A DNA stretch of 64,000 nucleotides. Origin: Candidatus Yanofskybacteria bacterium (lineage in GTDB: Bacteria; Patescibacteriota; Minisyncoccia; 2-02-FULL-40-12; GWA2-44-9). The stretch's first letter is position 1; each line of letters opens with the position of its first letter. Positions 18,547-26,918 of the stretch are shown piece after piece. The notes beneath the pieces were generated by a model, which was not told the DNA's origin, made no database searches, and was given only the letters and a program-made list of their open reading frames with translations. The DNA is taken from NCBI GenBank assembly GCA_020847715.1, contig JADLBM010000014.1, positions 14,420 through 78,419 of the forward strand, read 5' to 3'. The position numbers and the translations under genes were made by a program.

Positions 18547-18771
18547 ATGAGCATTTTGGGTAGATTCAGTGCATCGGCGTTGCTGTTGTTCAGTGCGGGT
18601 CTTTTCTCCGGTGTGATGCAGAGTCAATGGAGCGCCGCAGGGCGCCTCATGGTCGGCATCGTCTGTATCGGGTGCTTCGGCATGACCATCGCGAATGAGG
18701 TGATTTCCGCGATTCGCGACTCAAAGCGAGAGGGGTCAGCGGGTGCCGGGGATACCGCAGGCATCAAGTAG
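18547..18771 (+). CDS. small hypothetical membrane protein (74 aa)
   Basis: SD GCGGAGG. Two hydrophobic helices. Own promoter-like TATAAA upstream. Confidence 0.45.
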   Translation: MSILGRFSASALLLFSAGLFSGVMQSQWSAAGRLMVGIVCIGCFGMTIANEVISAIRDSKREGSAGAGDTAGIK

Positions 18772-18840
18772 GCGCAACTCGCATGCGAGTTCTGAGTCCG
18801 CCCCGCGGACTCTTTTCTTCCCAATTTCCGGAGGTGAGAA

Positions 18841-19005
18841 GTGGATCTCGTTCTGAACTGCGAGCTGTGCGGGGATTCGATGGTCGTCACGGAGCTCCTG
18901 AGGTGTCCGAACTGCGGACTAAGCGTCGCGCTCTGCGAGGATTGCATCAGCGAGCACGATTGCGTGGCCGCGCAGGAGGAGCTCGAAGCGCGCGAGTGCG
19001 AGTAG
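18841..19005 (+). CDS. small Cys-rich zinc-ribbon protein (54 aa; CELC…CPNC…CEDC)
   Basis: GTG start 6 nt after GGAGG. Two CxxC pairs. Below the ORF-track size cutoff; the overlapping listed ORF 18783..19010 is Arg-rich off-frame. Confidence 0.4.
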   Translation: MDLVLNCELCGDSMVVTELLRCPNCGLSVALCEDCISEHDCVAAQEELEARECE

Positions 19006-19021
19006 GGTGAGTCACTGTCTT

Positions 19022-19050
19022 CCCGAGCCCACGCATGTGGGCTCTTTTTC
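19022..19050 (+). terminator. terminator (gagcccac-gca-tgtgggctc + T5); family member also at 21379..21410
   Basis: Perfect hairpin plus T-run. Near-identical copy downstream of the 21108 gene. Confidence 0.6.
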
Positions 19051-19100
19051 ATTGACATTTCCTATATAATTTTGCACAATAGCCATCGGAGGATACCCAA

Positions 19101-19343
19101 ATGGAGCAGCTCCTTGCGCAATTGGCTCAGTTCATGGACCCGCAAGACCACGATCTCGACACGTTCAAGCTCGAACGACTCGTCGCGGCGCTCAAGAAGG
19201 CGCGGGAGGCGCGGCTACACGTGACGGTGGATCTCCAGCTTGTGCGGGTGGTCGTCATCAAGACGCCCGAAACGGCGGGCGCTGCGGAGGCGCTTCGGCA
19301 GGAGATGGCCGTGATGGACATGCTCGACATGCTGCGCTCCTAG
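19101..19343 (+). CDS. small hypothetical protein (80 aa, helical/acidic)
   Basis: SD CGGAGGA. Followed by a hairpin terminator at 19352..19378. Confidence 0.45.
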   Translation: MEQLLAQLAQFMDPQDHDLDTFKLERLVAALKKAREARLHVTVDLQLVRVVVIKTPETAGAAEALRQEMAVMDMLDMLRS

Positions 19344-19449
19344 CGCTACCGACCGGAGATGCTGTCTCCGGTTTTTTGTTTGAAGCTTGCTCGGGTTTTG
19401 TATTTGGCAAAGAAGGCTAAGCGTGGTACAACAACGGCGGAGGTGAGGT

Positions 19450-19884
19450 ATGGAGCGAAGCCGCGTTGTGGTGACATCTCGGTACGGGGGTCAACTCGAA
19501 TGCACCTTTGATGGATACCGTCAGGAACCCGAACGGCTGGGTCCCGATGGAGCCCCGGAGAAGGTTGTGCAGTGGCGGGGGACGGGCGTTCTCGTTGATA
19601 ATGGCAGACGCTTTCCGTTCCTATTTACCACCGAACCCGAGCATGACCACCGATTCTACGCGCTTCGTGCTGCGGTGATTGCGATCCGGGACGACCGAGG
19701 CAATCGCCGGAATCCGATGTTCGTGTTCAACTGGCTCTCGATCGAGACGGATGTCGTCGAAACCATCCGATGGATGCTGAGATCGCGAATGGAAGAAGTG
19801 CTTCCGACCATTCGCATTCCTTCGCTTTCGGCAACCGCCCTCATGATGCGCGGCCTGATCTCGACGATTGACCGCATCACATAA
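19450..19884 (+). CDS. hypothetical protein (144 aa)
   Basis: SD GGCGGAGGTGAGG before the ATG. No recognisable motif. Confidence 0.5.
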   Translation: MERSRVVVTSRYGGQLECTFDGYRQEPERLGPDGAPEKVVQWRGTGVLVDNGRRFPFLFTTEPEHDHRFYALRAAVIAIRDDRGNRRNPMFVFNWLSIETDVVETIRWMLRSRMEEVLPTIRIPSLSATALMMRGLISTIDRIT

Positions 19885-19942
19885 TCCCCATGAGGCTTGG
19901 CAGGAAGATTGCGTTGCGGTAATATTGCGGTAGAGGTGTGAG

Positions 19943-20002
19943 ATGAAGAAAGCAAAGACCCGAAAGGTGAAGACGCGACGGAAGGTTCGGATTCTGCGCT
20001 GA
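19943..20002 (+). CDS. possible 19-aa basic micro-protein (MKKAKTRKVKTRRKVRILR)
   Basis: Read by eye. SD GAGGTGTGAG before the ATG. Immediately followed by a dedicated terminator at 20016..20044. Confidence 0.25.
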   Translation: MKKAKTRKVKTRRKVRILR

Positions 20003-20015
20003 CCCAGCGCCACGA

Positions 20016-20044
20016 CCGAGGTTTACCCTCGGTCTTTTCTTTTC
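20016..20044 (+). terminator. terminator (ccgaggtttaccctcgg + tcttttcttttc); repeat family also at 21009..21035 and 22127..22156
   Basis: Hairpin plus T-run. Three near-identical copies, each ending a cassette. Confidence 0.6.
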
Positions 20045-20080
20045 GGGAGCGCACTGGTATAACCACCTCGGAGGTGTGAG

Positions 20081-20407
20081 ATGCAAATGGTTCTTTCAGA
20101 AGCCGAAAGTCGGGCAAATCTGCTTAGGAGGTTCATAAGCATTCGCCCAGGCATGCTGTTTTCCTACCAGAAAGAGGGCGACTCCTCGCTGAAGCATCGA
20201 TTCTGTATTGCCATCAAGCAGTCGGGATCGCTGAGCTGGACTGTCGTCGAGCTGACGCGCGGGAACCGTGAGAAAATCACGAAGGGCCTGCCGTGCCGGC
20301 GCACCGACCTGAGCGCCTTCTCCATGTCGTGCATGAACATACCCGACACAACCGGGTACACGCGAAAAGCGCTCGCCGAGCTCGCTGGCGCCTCTGGGCG
20401 GAAGTGA
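20081..20407 (+). CDS. hypothetical protein (108 aa)
   Basis: SD CGGAGGTGTGAG. First of a contiguous three-gene operon. Confidence 0.45.
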   Translation: MQMVLSEAESRANLLRRFISIRPGMLFSYQKEGDSSLKHRFCIAIKQSGSLSWTVVELTRGNREKITKGLPCRRTDLSAFSMSCMNIPDTTGYTRKALAELAGASGRK

Positions 20408-20410
20408 CGC

Positions 20411-20731
20411 ATGGAACGCGCATTCAGTGAGCAAGAGCGGCAGGAGGCAAAGCGGAGGCTCCTCGCATACCTGCGCGAGATGCCTGATGACGGGAAGTGC
20501 TGTGTGTCGTGTACCTGCGGCCAGCACTCCTATACGGTCGCCGACCTCATTCAGGCGGTCGAACAGGAGACGGGCGAGGGGAAGAACCTCATCAGCCTCT
20601 TCCTTGAGGAAGACTTCCTTGAGACGGATGAGCTGCCGGTTCCAGATCCGCCACGGTCATTCTTCGGCCGTCTCTGGGACTCACTCAGGAGCCTCCGCGT
20701 TCCCGTGGAGGACAAGCACATCAAGCCGTGA
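20411..20731 (+). CDS. hypothetical protein (106 aa; CCVSCTCGQH Cys cluster)
   Basis: Starts 4 nt after the previous stop. No recognisable family. Confidence 0.45.
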   Translation: MERAFSEQERQEAKRRLLAYLREMPDDGKCCVSCTCGQHSYTVADLIQAVEQETGEGKNLISLFLEEDFLETDELPVPDPPRSFFGRLWDSLRSLRVPVEDKHIKP

Positions 20732-21003
20732 GCGACCGCGCGAGCGCCGATGAGTATGCGGAGATTGTCAGGAGGGCGCGAGCGATTTTTCTCGAGGCGT
20801 ATACCCGTTCTGATGGAAGCGTGCGAACACGCCCTGTGCCGATCGCCTGCTCCGATCACGACGGCATTCTTGCCATGAACGTATTCGTGGCGACAGGTCT
20901 GTTCGAGCTTGCCGTTCAGGCAGACCAGCCTCCCGATGGTTCGTGTCGGCTTTTCCGAATCACGACCGCAGGCATCGAGTTTGCTGAGCTGACGAAGTCG
21001 TAG
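20728..21003 (+). CDS. hypothetical protein (91 aa)
   Basis: Start overlaps the previous stop by 4 nt. Terminator follows at 21009..21035. Confidence 0.45.
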   Translation: MSDRASADEYAEIVRRARAIFLEAYTRSDGSVRTRPVPIACSDHDGILAMNVFVATGLFELAVQADQPPDGSCRLFRITTAGIEFAELTKS

Positions 21004-21107
21004 TCTGACCGAGGTTTACCCTCGGTCTTTTCTTATCTGAAATAGACTCACGTGGAGCCTATTTACAAAATATATAAATGTAGTATTATAAAGACAAGGA
21101 GGTGCGC

Positions 21108-21371
21108 ATGGAGCAAGTCAGCTCAGCGGGGCAGCGTCCCACCAGCAGCATCGAAGGCGTTTCGACGAACCTGTCGCCTGAGGAATTCGCGGAGGTGATG
21201 CAGGCTGTCCGCGACGAGCGTGTCGTGTGGGACCTCTCGAAGGCGGTCTTCCTTCCTTTCGCGTGTGCAGGGGAGTTTGCCTCCGGAGAGTTCGTCCACA
21301 AGGGGCAGCGCTACCGGTTCACGGAGTCGTGGGAATCTCCGACGACCCTCATGCAGATCCGCGAGACCTAG
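21108..21371 (+). CDS. hypothetical protein (88 aa)
   Basis: SD GGAGGTGCGC before the ATG. Terminator at 21379..21410. Confidence 0.45.
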   Translation: MEQVSSAGQRPTSSIEGVSTNLSPEEFAEVMQAVRDERVVWDLSKAVFLPFACAGEFASGEFVHKGQRYRFTESWESPTTLMQIRET

Positions 21372-21446
21372 ACCGTTTCCCGAGCCCACGCTGTGGGCTC
21401 TTTTCTTTTCTGGAACATATTGCAGAATAGGTACGGAGGTGGGCAT

Positions 21447-22119
21447 GAGGATAGAAGAGTTGGTCGAGCTGCTGCGCGTTCGTGGCACCCGTGGGTTGGC
21501 GGTCGACATCGACGAAACCCTGTCGGACTCCAACCGGCACTGGTTCGACGCCATGTTCGCATTCGCCCGTCCGCACGGGAAGTCGCGCGACGACATCATG
21601 CGCGACCACAAGTTCGTCGAGGATGTGCCTGAGTGGCGCACGCCGGAGGCACGCGCGCGCATTCACGCGCTCCTACACTCCAACGAGTTCTGCACTGACA
21701 TCCCCGTTATCTCCGGCGCGCTGGAAGGGGCGTGGAGGGTCCACCTAATGGCGCGTATCGCCGCGTACATCACTGCCCGACCCGAAGCCGTCCGTCAGGG
21801 GACACTGCAGTGGCTCAAGCACCGAGGGTTTCCTGAGGCGCCCATCATCATGCGGGATGAAGATGTCGACCTGTCCGCCCACAACGACGGGAAGAACGGG
21901 TGGAAGGCGCGCATGCTTTCGGCCGCATACCCCTTCATCCTCGGTATCGTGGACGACAACGCCGGACTCACGCGAGCGCTCCGCGCTGTGAACTATGCGG
22001 GCACGCTGTTTCTGTACGGTCCCCAGTGGCAACCGGTGAACGCCAGTCCGAGCGTGATACTCTGTCCGACATGGAATGATGTCTCACAGGCGATACACCT
22101 GCGCTCCTGCGCATGGTAG
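21447..22119 (+). CDS. HAD-superfamily hydrolase, 5'(3')-deoxyribonucleotidase (NT5C)-like
   Basis: Motif I GLAVDIDETL (DxDxT) near the N-terminus. Start re-set to MRIEELV after the SD ACGGAGGTGGGC. Confidence 0.55.
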
Positions 22120-22206
22120 CTCTCGACCGAGGCTCACCCCTCGGTCTTTTCTTTTCTAAAATATGTGGTATTATGTGTCTGTTCGTTTCCAATGAAAGGG
22201 GAACCA

Positions 22207-22947
22207 ATGCTGCAAGGCATGTTGGCGGCCGCGCTCGGCGCGGCTACGGGAACGGTTCTGGCGCTCATGATGGGCGCGCTGTGGCCGCTGGGCACCCTTC
22301 TGGGTGGCTTGGTCGGCTATCTCTCGTACAACACTCGCGAGGTCGCCGAGGCGACCCGACGGGCTCTTTCGGAGGTCCCGTGGCGCGTCTTCGCTCGGCG
22401 ATGGCCTGCGCTTCTGTGGAGCGTTCTCGCATTCACCTGTATCTCGCAGACCGTTGCCGTTCTGGTCTGGCCCTTCATGCATGAGATTGGGGTGCAGACC
22501 CCCGGTGTCATCTGGCGGATCCTTGTGGTTGCGACCCTCTTCGGCCCGTTGCCCGGCTTTTTTGGCGGTGTCGCCGCCATGATTGACCCCGATCCCACGA
22601 GTGTCTGGAGCTCCACCAAGCTTTACCGCTGGATGGCCATCAACCTGAACCTCGTCGTGCTCGCGTTCTACTGGGCTCCCGTCCTGCTCTTCCGTACGGC
22701 CAAGTGGTTGTTCGGAGTGCTCCAGCTCGGCATTCTCGCGATGCGCATCTGCGCGATGATGGCTCCACACATCCTCCGCGATGTGTACAGCGAGAAGCGG
22801 CTCATCGCCGGTCTCTCGGCGTTCCAAGGGGCGGTCATCGGCTACCTCGCCCACGACTGGGTCTTTGCGGGTGTCGCCGGCCTGTCGTTCTTCGTACTGC
22901 AGGTGAGCTTCATCCACCGACGCCTCGCGCCGCAGCAGGGGTGGTGA
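22207..22947 (+). CDS. hypothetical polytopic membrane protein (~246 aa)
   Basis: Six or more hydrophobic helices. Start re-set to MLQGML. Confidence 0.5.
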   Translation: MLQGMLAAALGAATGTVLALMMGALWPLGTLLGGLVGYLSYNTREVAEATRRALSEVPWRVFARRWPALLWSVLAFTCISQTVAVLVWPFMHEIGVQTPGVIWRILVVATLFGPLPGFFGGVAAMIDPDPTSVWSSTKLYRWMAINLNLVVLAFYWAPVLLFRTAKWLFGVLQLGILAMRICAMMAPHILRDVYSEKRLIAGLSAFQGAVIGYLAHDWVFAGVAGLSFFVLQVSFIHRRLAPQQGW

Positions 22948-22948
22948 C

Positions 22949-23356
22949 ATGATTACCACCTACGCCGTCGTCGGCGCTTTCGCGCTCTGGTACGCCTACT
23001 TCGGAACCGAATACTACCTGAACGGTGGAGCCCTCGGCCGAGGCCCCAGTCTCATGCCGTTTCAGTGTTTCTGGGACGAAGTCCGCCAAAACATCCCGGG
23101 AGGGTTGACCCGCAAGGCAGCCTTCATCCGCGAGCTTGCCGCACTGAAGCCCCATGGCGCCATCGTCGGGCGTCGTCGCGTCTGGCGGTATGCCGATGTT
23201 GCGGCTCACAGCCTCTACCGCGAGTGCGCGGCCGATGTGCTTCGAGGTTCGATTGAGTTCTGGGCAACGGTCGTTGGGGTTGTGAGTGTTGGCGCCATGC
23301 TCGGCATCGGCCTCAGCCTACTGCTCAAAGACGCACTCCACCTTCTGCTGTCGTAG
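22949..23356 (+). CDS. hypothetical membrane protein (135 aa)
   Basis: Translationally coupled to the previous gene (TGAcATG). Terminator at 23365..23398. Confidence 0.5.
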   Translation: MITTYAVVGAFALWYAYFGTEYYLNGGALGRGPSLMPFQCFWDEVRQNIPGGLTRKAAFIRELAALKPHGAIVGRRRVWRYADVAAHSLYRECAADVLRGSIEFWATVVGVVSVGAMLGIGLSLLLKDALHLLLS

Positions 23357-23364
23357 TACACCAC

Positions 23365-23398
23365 ACACCTCATGCAATACGCATGAGGTGTTTTCTTT
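23365..23398 (+). terminator. terminator (cacctcatgc-aatacg-catgaggtg + ttttc)
   Basis: 10-bp stem plus T-run. Ends the small-gene island. Confidence 0.55.
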
Positions 23399-23431
23399 AC
23401 AACAACGCCCCGGTGAGGGGGCGTAGAGGGG

Positions 23432-23926
23432 CTAGGCTTTTGGTAGGTCATCATCGTCTCTGACCCGTCGAGTAGCTTCCTCAAGGTCGGGAGAATCGTC
23501 CCGTTCTTCGCTGTTGCCAAGCCTTGCTGCCATGTCGCAGACACGTTCGTCGATGGCAAGGTCGCATCCAGTAGCGGCCGCGATGGCAATTCCATCAGCA
23601 TCAGAAGTGTTCTGCGTCCATCGAGTGTTACCCTGTGCGAAGCGCACCACGGACATGGAGTCGTCGTCCCCGTTCGGAACGATGGCGACTCGCTCGACAC
23701 GGACATCGAATCGCTTGAGCAGATGAACGGTCAATCCGTGACACACAGGAAACTCGTATGAGCTTGTGTGTTTGACTTGCTGCGCCGCCGCGCGAATAAG
23801 CGCGACAACCTCTTCGCCGAAGTACATATTAAGTTGCCTCGATCCACTCACCTCATGGAGTACAATGAGCGGCTCTCCTGTTTGCGCGTGCCTTCCGATT
23901 GCAACGATCTTGAAAAGGATCTCCAT
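23432..23926 (-). CDS. bifunctional nuclease (BFN/DUF151) family protein
   Basis: IVLHEVSGSRQLNMYFGEEVVALIRAA…DGIAIAAATGCDLAIDERV matches the BFN-domain pattern. Confidence 0.7.
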   Translation of the reverse strand: MEILFKIVAIGRHAQTGEPLIVLHEVSGSRQLNMYFGEEVVALIRAAAQQVKHTSSYEFPVCHGLTVHLLKRFDVRVERVAIVPNGDDDSMSVVRFAQGNTRWTQNTSDADGIAIAAATGCDLAIDERVCDMAARLGNSEERDDSPDLEEATRRVRDDDDLPKA

Positions 23927-23981
23927 CCCACCCTCCTCTGTACGAGCCTAGGAAAGAATCCGGAACCCGTCAATGCCACGA

Positions 23982-24770
23982 CTAGAGCTTAATAATGTTC
24001 ACGCCGCCCCGCGTATCGATTTCGAGAATGCGGTAGCTCTGGCTGCCGAGATCAATCACAATGTGGTCGCGGCCACGGAACCACGCGGCGCGACGGATAG
24101 GCACCGAAAGGCGCGTAATCTGCTGGCGATCTCCCTCAGTGTGGAACGGCTGGTAGTCGGTGTTGCGGAGCCACAGCACAAAGACATCGTTTCGCGTCCA
24201 CCAGAGAATACGGCTGTTGTCGGTGGGGCGTGCGAATCCCAGCACCGATTCCGCAACGATGGAGGCAGATGCCGCATCGGTACGCCAGAGCGTCGTGCCC
24301 TTGAGCGTGAAGATGCCATCAGCCACACCGACTGCTGCCTTGTGTGGCTCAGATGAAAGTCGCGCAAGCGAGAGCGAAGCCGACGCTTCGTGCTTAAGAT
24401 CGATGACCGATTCGTCATCGAGAGGTAGAAGCATGACCGAAGGGAAATCAGTCAGGAAGCCCTCCTGCACAATTGCTTCTTTTCGCCATGTCGAGTGCCC
24501 GTCGCGCGAGAGGCGCACCTGGTAGGTGCCGGGGAGGAGGCGATCCTGCCCCGCACGATTGCCGAGGAACGAGGTCGAACCGCTCAGCTGGTCGTCTACG
24601 AAAAGCTCAGCTGATGTATTGACTGTTACCGCGATAGCTCCGGTGCGAACAAACTGGCCAGCGTTCCAATCGTAGGCGTAGCCCTGGGCATACCGGATGA
24701 CCACCCACGTAGCGACCGCAAACACGACAACTGCAATCCAAAAGAGGATCCTTCGCGTCCGTTTCTTCAT
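23982..24770 (-). CDS. hypothetical membrane-anchored protein
   Basis: Start re-set to MKKRTRRILFW, then a TM helix and a ~230-aa extracytoplasmic part. Confidence 0.5.
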   Translation of the reverse strand: MKKRTRRILFWIAVVVFAVATWVVIRYAQGYAYDWNAGQFVRTGAIAVTVNTSAELFVDDQLSGSTSFLGNRAGQDRLLPGTYQVRLSRDGHSTWRKEAIVQEGFLTDFPSVMLLPLDDESVIDLKHEASASLSLARLSSEPHKAAVGVADGIFTLKGTTLWRTDAASASIVAESVLGFARPTDNSRILWWTRNDVFVLWLRNTDYQPFHTEGDRQQITRLSVPIRRAAWFRGRDHIVIDLGSQSYRILEIDTRGGVNIIKL

Positions 24771-24832
24771 GTCCCAAGTATACCGCATCCGCGTATTGAA
24801 ATATAGGCGAAATACCGCTATATTCAGGCGCA

Positions 24833-25837
24833 ATGACCCGCAAGATCGGCATCGACCTTGGCACCACAAATACCGTCGTTTTCACGCCGAAGAAGGGCAT
24901 CGTCATCAACGAGCCATCGGTTGTCGCTGTTTCAGTGCTCGATAACAAAATCCTTGCGGTCGGCAATGCGGCGAAGGATATGATTGGCCGCACACCCGAC
25001 AGCATCACCATCGTTCGTCCGCTCATTGATGGGGCGGTTGCCGATTACCGCGTAACCGGAGCGATGCTCCGGTACTTCATCAAGAAGGCGAGCGGCGTGT
25101 TCAATCTCCTCAAGCCGGAAGTGCTCGTATCGGTACCCGCGGGCATCACGAGCGCTGAGAAGCGCGCCGTTATCGAGAGCACGCTCGGTGCTGGCGCAAA
25201 AGCAGTCTACCTCGTAAAGGAGCCGGTGCTTGCCGCCATCGGTGCGCAAATTCCCATCAACAGCCCTATCGGCAACATGATCCTTAACATCGGCGGAGGA
25301 ACCACGGAGCTCGCCGTTATCTCGTTGGGCGGCATCGTATCCGCAAAGTCAGTTCGCGTCGGTGGGAACAAGTTCGACCTCGCCATCGTCGAGTACATCA
25401 AAAAGAAGCACGGCCTTGCGGTAGGGGAGCGCACCGCGGAGCTCATTAAGATCAATATCGGCAGCGCACTCCGCGGCACCCATGAGGATTCACTGAATGT
25501 GAAGGGTCGCGACCTTACGACCGGCCTTCCGAAGACCGTGCAGGTCACGAGCAACGAGGTCACTGAGGCGCTGGGAGAGCACCTGCGTGAGATTGTGCAG
25601 ATTATCAAGGGCGTACTCGAGATGACGCCTCCTGAGCTTTGCTCGGACATTATGGATCGCGGCATTATCATCTCCGGCGGCGGCGCCCTCCTCCGCGACA
25701 TTGCCGACCTCATCACGAAGGTGACGGGTGTTCCGGCACGTGTCGCGACCGACCCACTCTTCTGTGTTGCGCGCGGCACCGGAAAGGTGCTCGAGAACCT
25801 CGAGACCTACAAACGCAACGTCATCGCGAAGCGGTAG
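24833..25837 (+). CDS. mreB: rod-shape-determining protein MreB
   Basis: Actin-fold motifs GIDLGTTNT… of the MreB family. Confidence 0.9.
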   Translation: MTRKIGIDLGTTNTVVFTPKKGIVINEPSVVAVSVLDNKILAVGNAAKDMIGRTPDSITIVRPLIDGAVADYRVTGAMLRYFIKKASGVFNLLKPEVLVSVPAGITSAEKRAVIESTLGAGAKAVYLVKEPVLAAIGAQIPINSPIGNMILNIGGGTTELAVISLGGIVSAKSVRVGGNKFDLAIVEYIKKKHGLAVGERTAELIKINIGSALRGTHEDSLNVKGRDLTTGLPKTVQVTSNEVTEALGEHLREIVQIIKGVLEMTPPELCSDIMDRGIIISGGGALLRDIADLITKVTGVPARVATDPLFCVARGTGKVLENLETYKRNVIAKR

Positions 25838-25850
25838 GCATACTTCACGC

Positions 25851-26918
25851 GTGAAACTCGCTATCGTACACGACTGGATTGTCGACATGGGAGGCGCTGA
25901 GCGCGTGCTTATTGCGCTGCATCGACTGTGGCCGGAAGCGCCCATCTATACACTGGTCGCGAAGCCATCGACCGTGCAGCAATGGTTTCCGAACGCAACC
26001 ATCGTTCCGTCAGTCCTCCAGCGACTTCCTCGCGCATGGGCATACTATCCCGCGCTCGCGCCGATGATGCCATCGGCTATTGAGTCGTTTGACCTCTCTG
26101 GATTTGATACCGTTCTTTCTTCGTCCGCGCTCTTCTCAAAGGGCATCGTCGTCCGCCCCGGCACGCGCCACCTGAGCTACTGCTACAGCCCCGCGCGCAT
26201 GCTCTGGGACCGTTCCGCATCGTACGAACGCCGCGGGATATTCTCGCGGCTCTATCGCCATACGCTTCGTATCTGGGATGTCGCCGCCGCACAACGCCCC
26301 GACGAGCTCATCGCCATTTCCGCAACTGCTGCCGCCCGTATTTCGAAGTACTACCGGCGCTCCGCTATCGTCGTCCCGCCACCGACCCGCTCCGCCCCGC
26401 TTCCCGTCGCAGCATCCGCTCCCGCGCATCCATTCTTCTTGATTGTCGCACGACTCGTGCCACACAAGTCCCTCGAGCTGGTCGTTGACGCGTTCGCAAA
26501 ACTCAAATACCAGCTGGTTATCGTCGGCGACGGCCCGCTCCGGAGACGCCTGAGTCGCCGCGCACGCGCGAACATCACCTTCGCCGGAGCGGTATCCGAC
26601 GAACAACTCGACGAGCTCTACGCCACCTGCCAGGCGGTCGTCGTCCCAAACGAAGAGGACTGGGGGCTCACGGCGGTAGAAGCAATGATGCACGGAAAAC
26701 CCGTGCTCGCACTTCGTCGCGGAGGAGCGACCGAAACGGTTATCGAAGGCCTAACGGGAGAATTTTTCGATGACCCCATTCCGGAAGCACTTGCCGACGG
26801 CATCAAGCGCATCCGAACGAATATCCACACGTACGACGCCGAGAGAATCCGTACGCACGCAGATCAGTGGAACTCCGAGCGCTTCGAGCGCCGCATGCGC
26901 ACGCTCATCGAAGTATGA
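25851..26918 (+). CDS. glycosyltransferase family 4 (GT4-like)
   Basis: GTG start. C-terminal motif (EDWGLTAVEAMMHGKPVL) typical of GT4. Confidence 0.8.
   Translation: MKLAIVHDWIVDMGGAERVLIALHRLWPEAPIYTLVAKPSTVQQWFPNATIVPSVLQRLPRAWAYYPALAPMMPSAIESFDLSGFDTVLSSSALFSKGIVVRPGTRHLSYCYSPARMLWDRSASYERRGIFSRLYRHTLRIWDVAAAQRPDELIAISATAAARISKYYRRSAIVVPPPTRSAPLPVAASAPAHPFFLIVARLVPHKSLELVVDAFAKLKYQLVIVGDGPLRRRLSRRARANITFAGAVSDEQLDELYATCQAVVVPNEEDWGLTAVEAMMHGKPVLALRRGGATETVIEGLTGEFFDDPIPEALADGIKRIRTNIHTYDAERIRTHADQWNSERFERRMRTLIEV

Noticed and set aside
18124-18627. 167-aa minus-strand ORF across the candidate ncRNA region
   Set aside because: It spans two plus-strand intrinsic terminators and is Arg-rich. 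It is more likely non-coding and structured.
17850-23400. CRISPR array or integron interpretation of the repeated hairpins in the small-gene island
   Set aside because: The repeats are about 1 kb apart, each follows a gene, and each ends in a T-run, so they are terminators. There are no short regularly spaced repeats, no cas genes and no integrase or attC-like sites.
26077-26693. Minus-strand ORFs (26077..26292, 26136..26693) within the GT4 gene
   Set aside because: Antisense to a gene with clear glycosyltransferase motifs. Arg/Gly-rich composition.
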